Virus record (IMG/VR): IMGVR_UViG_3300033149_000238
Strand: one strand, 5' to 3'
From: an uncultured virus (IMG/VR IMGVR_UViG_3300033149_000238)
Lineage: Duplodnaviria; Heunggongvirae; Uroviricota; Caudoviricetes
DNA: 64,000 bases
Both the position numbers and the translations under genes were made by a program. Shown here piece by piece: positions 37,417 to 45,159 of the stretch (its first letter is position 1; each line of letters begins with the position of its first letter). The notes beneath the pieces were generated by a model. That model was not told the origin of the DNA. It was given only the letters and a program-made list of their open reading frames with translations, and did no database searches.

Positions 37417-37599
37417 ATGGAAAACGGATACTTTAATCCTACCTCTATGTATCAAAAGCAATTGCAAAAAAGAAATGCAAAGAAGGTAGCAAAGAGACAA
37501 AGGCTGGCAAAAGCAGGTATTGTTTGTGAAATGAAAGACACAAGAGCTAAAGAACCTGTTCAGTCAGCAGCTTTTAAAAATGGATATAGAAATAGTTAA
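37417..37599 (+). CDS. Small basic hypothetical protein (60 aa)
   Basis: Tightly packed ORF in the operon. Confidence 0.55.
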   Translation: MENGYFNPTSMYQKQLQKRNAKKVAKRQRLAKAGIVCEMKDTRAKEPVQSAAFKNGYRNS

Positions 37600-37610
37600 A
37601 AAATTTAATC

Positions 37611-37955
37611 ATGGCACAATTAACAGCACAACAAATAACTCAGGCAGGAATAAAACCTTCAACGGTAACACCAGCTTCAGGAGGAGATAAACTCAAAAAT
37701 ACAGCAAAAGAATTTTTTTGGGTGCAAAATACAAGCAGTGGTTCCATGACAGCTACAGTAGTACCAGTAGTTACTACAGTAGTAGATCCACTACTGGGCA
37801 CATTAAAAAAAGAAAATGCAGTATTAAGTTTAGCTGCAGGAGAGATTGGCTTTTTAGGGCCATTTGAAGTTGATGCTTTTAATGATGCTGATGGAAATAT
37901 AACAATAACATGTTCAGTGCAAGCTAGCATAAAACTTGCAGCACTTTACTTATAA
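37611..37955 (+). CDS. Hypothetical beta-rich structural protein (114 aa)
   Basis: Composition and position upstream of the tail fibre. Confidence 0.5.
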   Translation: MAQLTAQQITQAGIKPSTVTPASGGDKLKNTAKEFFWVQNTSSGSMTATVVPVVTTVVDPLLGTLKKENAVLSLAAGEIGFLGPFEVDAFNDADGNITITCSVQASIKLAALYL

Positions 37956-37966
37956 AAAAATAAATC

Positions 37967-40900
37967 ATGAGTGTTTACTTACAAGAGGTATTAGGCCTAC
38001 TAAAAAGAAATAAAAAACAAGTAAAACTAGATAAGAAGAGAGATTGGTTTGAATTTGCTAAGATCTATTCTAATAGTTTTCTCAATACAGGAGCGGCTTA
38101 TAATCCTAAAGGTGAGCCATTCATTATTAAGTGGGGTGACCTCAGATGTGATTTATTATTTGGTGTAGTAATGCAAGACCCAGATAGTTCTGCAACAAAG
38201 TTCAGAATTCCTATGTACTCAGATCCTTCTGGTGTATGTGCTACTTTGAATACATCTATAAAGGATAGTATCATGATCCAGAATGCCACTGGTGATTCAA
38301 TAATAGTCAATGGAAACTTAAGAGTTGATGAAAACTTACAGGTTGAAAGGAATAGTGTATTAAAATTAAATGTTGAATTAGGTACGTCAGGTGACACAGG
38401 AAATGCTACATCACTGTTTAATAAAATTCATGATTCTGCTGGTCAAGCAGCAGGTGCTGCTAACAGAGTACTAAGATCTTTAGCTGATGGTAGAGTTGTA
38501 TGGTCAGATGATGACCCAGTAGTAGCTCTTCCATTTGGTAACATCTGGGTTGGTAACGCTAGTAATATACAACAGCCTTTACCACCAGGAACAGCTGGTC
38601 AATTAATTATATCAGATGGTACAAGTGTAGGTTATAAAAGTATAGGGGCTAGTGCTACTGGTAATTTACTTGGATCAAATGTAGTTTCTACAGGTAGTGA
38701 TATAGTAATTGGTACTACCATACTTACTCTAGATAACCTTGGAGCAAATGCAACTGTATCTGATAGATTAATGATATATGATGATTCAGCTGATAGTAAT
38801 AAATATATTAAACTTGGAGACTTGGCATCAAGCCTTAGTTTTGTAACAGGTACAGGTGTAGCAACAAGAGTTGCTTTCTGGTCAGCCACTGATACAATCT
38901 CTAGTGATGCAAACTTATTTTGGCATAACTCAGATGATTGTTTAGCTATAGGGCTTCCACAGCAATCTACAGCACATACTTCATTATCTATAAAAAATCC
39001 TCAAGATAGACCAACTGTAATAAAAATTGATTCTAACAATAATGATGCAGGTGATATAACTGCACAAATTATGCTTTTTGATGAAGTTGGTCAAGCAGGT
39101 ATAAAAAATGAAATTAGACAAACTGGTGTAAGTGGTACTGGTCAAGGTGCTTCTAAATTAGAATTTTTACAAACTATCAATGGTACAACAAGTACACCAA
39201 TAAGAATAGAAGCTGGTGGTGTAGGTATAAACGGTGTAACACCAACACAAAAATTACATGTTGATGGTAATATAAGAGTAACTGGCGGATACTATGATAG
39301 TAGTAATGACATTGGTAATGCTGGACAAGTATTAAGTTCTACTGGTAGTGGTACTAATTGGATTGCTGCAGGAACTGGTACAATATCTACAATACAAGAA
39401 GGCCCAGGTATTACAGTAACAAATGGATCAGGACCAACAACTACAGTAGCTGTAGATTATGTTGGGGCTGATAACTTTATATTAGAAGCAGCTTCTTCAG
39501 CATTAAATATTGCTACAGATAGTATAGCATTTAATGATGTTAGTGATAGTAATACAGTAAAACGTGCACTTATTCAAGATATTCTTAGATCAGATAGTTT
39601 TGGTATTCAAGGAGATGGTGGTACAATACAACAAATAACTGGTGGAGAAATTATAAACTTTGTGGGACAAGCTGGTTTAGACTTTAGTGTAGCAGGTGGT
39701 GCTCCTAATACTGCAGCAATAGCTTTAGATATAGCCGGTACAAATAACTTTATAGAAGTGCAAACTGCAGGCACACCAGCTACTGATGACTTTATTCTTT
39801 TCTCTGATATAAATGATAGTAATACTGTAAAGAAATCATTAGTATCTAGTTTACCATTTAATAATTTAACAACATTAAACTTATCATTAACTACAGGAAA
39901 TACAACTCCTTTTGCAGGAAGTATTTCTGGAAGTAACCTTAACCTTAGTTTAAATAAGTTTGGTGGTGGTAATGTAGTAGGATATGTTCCAGACTCATCA
40001 GCATCAAATCAATCAACTACATTCTTAAGAGCTGATGGTACATGGCAAGTTCCAGCTGGAGGTGGTGGTAGTACTACCGTTAGTGCAGGAACAGGTATAA
40101 ATGTAACAGGTACAGCAAGTAATCCAACTGTTAATATAGATTACGCTGGTACTGATAATGCTATATTAGAAGCAGGTACTGCATCTCCAACAGATCAAGA
40201 TTACATATGGTTTAGTGATACAAGTGATTCTAATACTATTAAGAAGAATACTATACCAGAATTTATGGCTGCAGGTAGTTTTACTGTAACAGATTCAAGT
40301 AATCCACAAGTAATTAATTTAGGTAGTACATTAAATGTAGCTGCAAAAACATCTGCACAGGGTGGTCTTACTATAGATACAGCTACTAGTAGTACTATAA
40401 CAATAGGTGTAGATAATGTAGGTACTAATAACCTTATACTAACACAACCAACAGAATCAAATGTGGCAACTACTGACTGGGTCATGGTTAGTGATACTTC
40501 AGATTCTAACACACTTAAGAAACAACAGATTTATTTACTGCCTGGATTCTATAATGGCTTTACATTACAAGCAGATTCAGGATCAGCAACTGTAGTAAAT
40601 ACAGATGAGAATTTTGATATTGCTGGTGGAACAGGTTTATCATCAGTAATTAGTGAGACATCATCAGGACCAGGACCTCAAACTACTAACACAGTTACAA
40701 TTAACCATACTGATTCTATTACAGCTGCTACAGCAGCATATCCTGCATCTATAACATATAACGCAACTGGACATATTACAGCAATTACTCCAGGAACAGC
40801 ACCTCCAGCGGGTACGGTTACATCTATTACAGCAGGTGAAGCATTAGAAATAGAATCTGGATCTAGTACAGTTAACCCTACTATAGGTGTTAAGTTTACA

Positions 40901-41602
40901 GGAGCGGATAACTTAATAAAAGTTCCAGGAGCAGGTACTGCAGATGCATCAGATGAGGTACTATTCAATGATGCTAGTGATACTAATGCAGTTAAGAGAA
41001 CAGCTATTAGTGCATTACCAGTAGTAACAAGTCTAACTGCAGGAACTGGATGTTCAGAAGCAGGTGGTGGAACTACGGGATCATTAACACTTAATGTAGG
41101 AGCGGGAGCAGGTTTACAAGCTAATGCAACTAATATAGCTGTAGATTACGTAGGAACAGATTCTATTATTCAATCTGCAACAAGTGCATCAGGTTTAGTT
41201 CCTGATAAAAATGATTTAGTATTATTCCAAGATGTAAGTGATTCTAATACAGTTAAATATACTGAAGTTAAAAACTTAGTAGTATCTGACCCAGGACCAA
41301 GTGATTATTTCTCATGTGGTACTAGTGGTATAATTAACCAAGGTCAGTCTATCTTTACTGGAAACAATTCAGTATCTTATAACTCAGGAACCGGATTATA
41401 TACAGTAACTTTTAATCAAACAAGACCTAGTGCAAACTATTTAGTTCAACCAGTTGTTATGCTTAGTATGGGTAGTAAAATGCTTCAAGCAGTAACTAGA
41501 AACCATACTACAACAGGATTTCAAATGTCAGTAATAGATAAGGATAATGCTACTCAGAACGGTACACAAACTTTTGCAATAGCAGTTACTATGTATGCAT
41601 AG
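37967..41602 (+). CDS. Tail fibre protein with internal repeats (1211 aa)
   Basis: G/T/S-rich. Fibre segments 'GINGVTPTQKLHVDGNIRV' and 'GQVLSSTGSGTNW'; six ~48-aa repeats; C-terminal 'TGLYTVTF...PSANY' domain. Confidence 0.8.
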   Translation: MSVYLQEVLGLLKRNKKQVKLDKKRDWFEFAKIYSNSFLNTGAAYNPKGEPFIIKWGDLRCDLLFGVVMQDPDSSATKFRIPMYSDPSGVCATLNTSIKDSIMIQNATGDSIIVNGNLRVDENLQVERNSVLKLNVELGTSGDTGNATSLFNKIHDSAGQAAGAANRVLRSLADGRVVWSDDDPVVALPFGNIWVGNASNIQQPLPPGTAGQLIISDGTSVGYKSIGASATGNLLGSNVVSTGSDIVIGTTILTLDNLGANATVSDRLMIYDDSADSNKYIKLGDLASSLSFVTGTGVATRVAFWSATDTISSDANLFWHNSDDCLAIGLPQQSTAHTSLSIKNPQDRPTVIKIDSNNNDAGDITAQIMLFDEVGQAGIKNEIRQTGVSGTGQGASKLEFLQTINGTTSTPIRIEAGGVGINGVTPTQKLHVDGNIRVTGGYYDSSNDIGNAGQVLSSTGSGTNWIAAGTGTISTIQEGPGITVTNGSGPTTTVAVDYVGADNFILEAASSALNIATDSIAFNDVSDSNTVKRALIQDILRSDSFGIQGDGGTIQQITGGEIINFVGQAGLDFSVAGGAPNTAAIALDIAGTNNFIEVQTAGTPATDDFILFSDINDSNTVKKSLVSSLPFNNLTTLNLSLTTGNTTPFAGSISGSNLNLSLNKFGGGNVVGYVPDSSASNQSTTFLRADGTWQVPAGGGGSTTVSAGTGINVTGTASNPTVNIDYAGTDNAILEAGTASPTDQDYIWFSDTSDSNTIKKNTIPEFMAAGSFTVTDSSNPQVINLGSTLNVAAKTSAQGGLTIDTATSSTITIGVDNVGTNNLILTQPTESNVATTDWVMVSDTSDSNTLKKQQIYLLPGFYNGFTLQADSGSATVVNTDENFDIAGGTGLSSVISETSSGPGPQTTNTVTINHTDSITAATAAYPASITYNATGHITAITPGTAPPAGTVTSITAGEALEIESGSSTVNPTIGVKFTGADNLIKVPGAGTADASDEVLFNDASDTNAVKRTAISALPVVTSLTAGTGCSEAGGGTTGSLTLNVGAGAGLQANATNIAVDYVGTDSIIQSATSASGLVPDKNDLVLFQDVSDSNTVKYTEVKNLVVSDPGPSDYFSCGTSGIINQGQSIFTGNNSVSYNSGTGLYTVTFNQTRPSANYLVQPVVMLSMGSKMLQAVTRNHTTTGFQMSVIDKDNATQNGTQTFAIAVTMYA
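39440..41285 (+). repeat. Six dispersed ~48-aa protein repeats (VDYxGxDNxI...DxxxFxDxSDSNTVK) in the tail fibre
   Basis: Seen in the translation; boundaries approximate. Confidence 0.8.
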
Positions 41603-41634
41603 TATATATAAATTAATAAATAAAAATAAATAAA

Positions 41635-42054
41635 ATGGGAGTAAAATTTAATAACGCAGAGTCATCAAGTCTAAATGCTGAGTATCCTAAAGCTATGTCA
41701 GTTCCAAATCAATATGGGTTTGGAGGACTATCAATACATAAAGTACTTTCATCAGCTGGAACCAATCTGGATTTTATTAAAAAAGGTGGAGGTAGTGTAT
41801 ATGCTATAAACCTTCATAATAGTACTAGTTCTGATATGTTTATAAGATTATTTGATAAAGCTACAGCCCCTGTTAATTCAGATATTCCTGTAGCAATCTT
41901 CTGTATAGCAGCAGATAGTTATTTAGATCTATCTTTAGAAGTTGGTTTTCAATTTAAATTAGGATTAGGTATGAATATAACTACAGGATCTGCTGATGGT
42001 AATACTGGTGCAATAGGAGCAGGTGATGTTGTAGGTGGTATATTCTGGAAATAA
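41635..42054 (+). CDS. Hypothetical beta-sandwich structural protein (139 aa)
   Basis: ORF following the tail fibre; last + strand gene before the strand switch. Confidence 0.55.
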   Translation: MGVKFNNAESSSLNAEYPKAMSVPNQYGFGGLSIHKVLSSAGTNLDFIKKGGGSVYAINLHNSTSSDMFIRLFDKATAPVNSDIPVAIFCIAADSYLDLSLEVGFQFKLGLGMNITTGSADGNTGAIGAGDVVGGIFWK

Positions 42055-42115
42055 ATAAGGAAGGGCAAAAACATCTAATATTATTATTAGTGGCAATACG
42101 CCAACCCTCCCTTAT
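42055..42115 (-). terminator. Branched stem-loop at the convergence of the + and - strand operons
   Basis: 12-bp outer stem (complete with G-U pairs on the minus strand) enclosing two small hairpins. Confidence 0.45.
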
Positions 42116-42130
42116 ATAAATTTCCTAGCT

Positions 42131-42319
42131 TTAGAATATAGTTTTTTTATTTTTATTTAATAGCTCAACTTTGGTAACAAGACCATCTTGTCTTCCCATT
42201 TGTTTAGCATCTCCTTTATTATCAGCCATTACAGCCATCCATTTGGTGTAATACTGTGGATCATCATTAAGTAATTTATTATATGGTATGTACCAAACAC
42301 TAAAGTATCTCATTCCCAC
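42131..42319 (-). CDS. Hypothetical protein (62 aa)
   Basis: ORF overlapping the upstream gene in the - strand operon. Confidence 0.5.
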   Translation of the reverse strand: MGMRYFSVWYIPYNKLLNDDPQYYTKWMAVMADNKGDAKQMGRQDGLVTKVELLNKNKKTIF

Positions 42320-42546
42320 AAGCTGTCATGTTCAAGGCTTCTAATATACTCCCACCTTTCACGTTCATCTCTAATAGAATCCTGTTTAGTATATATAATA
42401 GTATCATTGTTATCTATATACCAATCTAAAACTTCAGGATCCGTATCTGGATTATATACAGTTGGTTTACAACTTAATAAATGAAACAGTACTATTAGAT
42501 ATAATGCTGTCCATATACAATATTTAATTATTTTTTTATTTTCCAT
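42310..42546 (-). CDS. Putative lipoprotein (78 aa)
   Basis: Hydrophobic N-terminus ending LLS|C. Confidence 0.5.
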   Translation of the reverse strand: MENKKIIKYCIWTALYLIVLFHLLSCKPTVYNPDTDPEVLDWYIDNNDTIIYTKQDSIRDERERWEYIRSLEHDSLWE

Positions 42547-42820
42547 TTTCTATTTCTTTTTGTAAGCAAGCTAATGCACGCCATGCACATTTTGCAGTGT
42601 GACGAATTCCATCATCATCTATTTTTCCTGCATCTATCAGGTGTCTAGCTAAAGCATCATAGTCATCAGTTGATTTACTACGATCCCAATGTAGAGGCTT
42701 GTCAGGATGATGTTGTTTGTTTCCTGCAAGTGATACACGAGCCACTTCCATTATAGCATCAGGAAAGTACTTCAATACACCAGTAAACACTGGCCTTTCT
42801 TTTCTTTCTTTTGCGTTCAT
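42536..42820 (-). CDS. DUF5664 / dATP-dGTP diphosphohydrolase-like domain protein (94 aa)
   Basis: 'FPDAIMEVARVS..GNKQH...W...DALARHL...D.DG..H..CAWRALA.LQ' pattern. Confidence 0.65.
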   Translation of the reverse strand: MNAKERKERPVFTGVLKYFPDAIMEVARVSLAGNKQHHPDKPLHWDRSKSTDDYDALARHLIDAGKIDDDGIRHTAKCAWRALACLQKEIENGK

Positions 42821-43008
42821 TTGTCTTTATTTTTATTATAATCTATTAAGAATCCGGTTAGTACGAGCAAGTTAAGACCCATGCTAATCAATATCTCATG
42901 TATATCTTTATATATATTAACGGATAAGTGGATATGACCAACAATCCAAAACGGTATAGCCATCTGTTGACTGTACCATATCAATGCAAATTCAATAAAT
43001 TTTCTCAT
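42817..43008 (-). CDS. Small membrane protein (63 aa)
   Basis: Two hydrophobic stretches; ATGA-type overlap with the downstream gene. Confidence 0.5.
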   Translation of the reverse strand: MRKFIEFALIWYSQQMAIPFWIVGHIHLSVNIYKDIHEILISMGLNLLVLTGFLIDYNKNKDK

Positions 43009-43034
43009 GTTACTCTATTTTTAGAAGGACAATA

Positions 43035-43085
43035 TAGGAGTGGGGCCAAGAATGCAAAAAACTTGACCCCAGCTGGTTTCTCCTA
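43035..43085 (-). terminator. Intergenic stem-loop
   Basis: Minus strand TGGGGTCAAG...CTTGGCCCCA stem, extended by TAGGAG/CTCCTA. Confidence 0.4.
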
Positions 43086-43156
43086 ATTATCTAATTTATC
43101 ATATATGGTTATATATAAAAGCAATAACATTAATACACTAAGGGCTAGCATCTTAA

Positions 43157-44053
43157 TCATATCTCTATCTCTTCAAAGTCTATGTCCATCTGTAGTGTCT
43201 CCTCATTGACTTCAACTATCATATCTGCATGCTCATCTACAATAATCTGTGACGGATCCCCTAAGTCTTCATACTCTTGAGGTTTCTCAAACATTTGTTT
43301 GCTAGCAGGTGATCCCTGTAGCTCTACTGTAAAGAAATCATGAAAGTTCTGTTGGTCATTAAGCCACTCACGTGGGTGAGTTTGCTTTAGTGCATGGGTT
43401 ACGTTATTATAAAAGGCCCAAGCAGTTTCTCTAGAGCAATTATAATCATATGACGGCTTTTCTAATTCCCTCTTTATGCATGCTAACTGATGAGTATTGA
43501 CTAATTGTTCTTGTATAAACAAACGTCCTGCAAGCTCAGCTTGTTCTCTGAAGCTTAGGTTAACGTTCTTCATAGACTCTTTATCCTTTATTAATCTCTT
43601 ATAATATTTCTCACCATTCTTAATCTGATCTGACATATGCATATAGATATCTCTGGATGCTGACCATCTATGCTTTCTTTTGTAGTTCATCATGTCTCCA
43701 CATAACATACCATTATAACAAACTTGTACATATGCACCAATTGCACACACAAAGCTTTTAGACTTATCATAAGAGTTTGTCCAGGCAAACATCATTCCTA
43801 GTTCCTTTTCATTCTCTATATCTATATCAGTTGTTTGTTCAGGGTATATATGATATACCCCTTGAGCTACACTTGCATTCTTGCTAGCTCTATATATCTC
43901 TCTAGTTACCATAAATCCGCTATCAGCTAATAATTTAAAAGTATTAGCTATAACTTCACTATGTGGTACTACAGTGTAAGTATTACCGTGGTTAGGTAAA
44001 GGTGCATTTTCTAGATGCCACCTGGTTGTTTCTATTGGTTTTGAATGTCCCAT
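43157..44053 (-). CDS. DUF932/DUF945-like protein (298 aa)
   Basis: 'Y.VVPH', 'NSYDKSKSF...VCYNGM' and 'TAWAFYNNVTHAL' motifs; acidic tail. Confidence 0.6.
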   Translation of the reverse strand: MGHSKPIETTRWHLENAPLPNHGNTYTVVPHSEVIANTFKLLADSGFMVTREIYRASKNASVAQGVYHIYPEQTTDIDIENEKELGMMFAWTNSYDKSKSFVCAIGAYVQVCYNGMLCGDMMNYKRKHRWSASRDIYMHMSDQIKNGEKYYKRLIKDKESMKNVNLSFREQAELAGRLFIQEQLVNTHQLACIKRELEKPSYDYNCSRETAWAFYNNVTHALKQTHPREWLNDQQNFHDFFTVELQGSPASKQMFEKPQEYEDLGDPSQIIVDEHADMIVEVNEETLQMDIDFEEIEI

Positions 44054-44074
44054 AATTGTTTAAACTTTTAAAGT

Positions 44075-44107
44075 GTAAATATAATAAAAAAATGCTGACT
44101 CAGCAAA
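44075..44107 (-). promoter_or_regulatory. Putative promoter TTTG-N20-TATATTTAC containing the palindrome TGCTGACTCAGCA
   Basis: Bacteroidota-like -33/-7 spacing upstream of the gene starting at 44053. Confidence 0.5.
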
Positions 44108-44941
44108 TTAAAATATATATCTTATTGTATTTAATGGAAAATATTGTTTATATATCTCTTTAAACTCTGCTAGCAATCTAGTTTTGTGTTTTAAAGGATA
44201 TCTCATAACTCCTGACGCATTCTTTACTTCATAAGAACGTCTCATTAGTTCCTGGGCTTCTGGTGTTGCCTTAGCCATTTGATTTTTATGATTAGTTAAA
44301 GCTATAACTTCACACTTATTTACTCCTGCATATGCATTTACTTCAGCAAATAGGTCATTATACTCTTCTTTCCAACCTGGATAGAAGACTAATGGACTAT
44401 AATTACAGTGTACTTCCCAGCCTAAGTTCTTTAGTCTATTAATATCTTTTATTCTACTAGATATCTTTTGCATCTTAGGTTCTAATATATTAGAGTAAAC
44501 CTGGGGCATGAGGCTTACTCTGACTCTAGGAGCCTTGTTAAAGTGATTTACATCCAGTTTAAGAAGACTTGGATACTTTGTAGCCATAGTACTGTTAAGT
44601 TGTGGATGGTCATCATAACGCTTTAAATAGTCATGTAAAGATTCAGGCATATGTTTCTGCATCAGAACTAAGTCTGAGTTACATGCAATATCTACCATAG
44701 TATATATAGGGTCTTGTTGGTCTGGTTCTTTGATATATGTCTTTTCCCATTCAACAACAGACTTAAATATGTCATCTACATTCTTATTTACAAATACTCT
44801 ACGCCCATTATACCTGGACATATAACAATAAGTGTCTACACAGCCACCAAAGCAACCATAGATTAAGTTGGGAGCTATGCAGTTTGCACTATTGTTATTG
44901 GGTTTTGTAACTAAAGTTTTGGTTTGTTGTACTTTAATCAT
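44108..44941 (-). CDS. Spore photoproduct lyase-like radical SAM protein (277 aa)
   Basis: GCFGGCVDTYCYM cluster motif, 'DIACNSD' (SPL H-donor Cys motif), ATKY and RVRVSL. Confidence 0.75.
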   Translation of the reverse strand: MIKVQQTKTLVTKPNNNSANCIAPNLIYGCFGGCVDTYCYMSRYNGRRVFVNKNVDDIFKSVVEWEKTYIKEPDQQDPIYTMVDIACNSDLVLMQKHMPESLHDYLKRYDDHPQLNSTMATKYPSLLKLDVNHFNKAPRVRVSLMPQVYSNILEPKMQKISSRIKDINRLKNLGWEVHCNYSPLVFYPGWKEEYNDLFAEVNAYAGVNKCEVIALTNHKNQMAKATPEAQELMRRSYEVKNASGVMRYPLKHKTRLLAEFKEIYKQYFPLNTIRYIF

Positions 44942-45158
44942 CTATTGGTATAATATTAGACCATGATGGGTAATTAAACTTATTACCCTCATGATCTGAA
45001 CAAATACAGTACATACCATCCTTCTCCTCATATGTTAAGACTTCTCCTTTTATAACAGATCCATCTGAACTGAATAGATTCTCTGGTGGTTTTCCTATAT
45101 AATGTTCTTTTTTTTTGATTCTGAACTTTTTTCCTTTTTCTAAATCTCCTAATTGCAT
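44934..45158 (-). CDS. Hypothetical protein (74 aa)
   Basis: ORF packed between polB and the SPL-like gene. Confidence 0.55.
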   Translation of the reverse strand: MQLGDLEKGKKFRIKKKEHYIGKPPENLFSSDGSVIKGEVLTYEEKDGMYCICSDHEGNKFNYPSWSNIIPIDD

Positions 45159-45159
45159 T

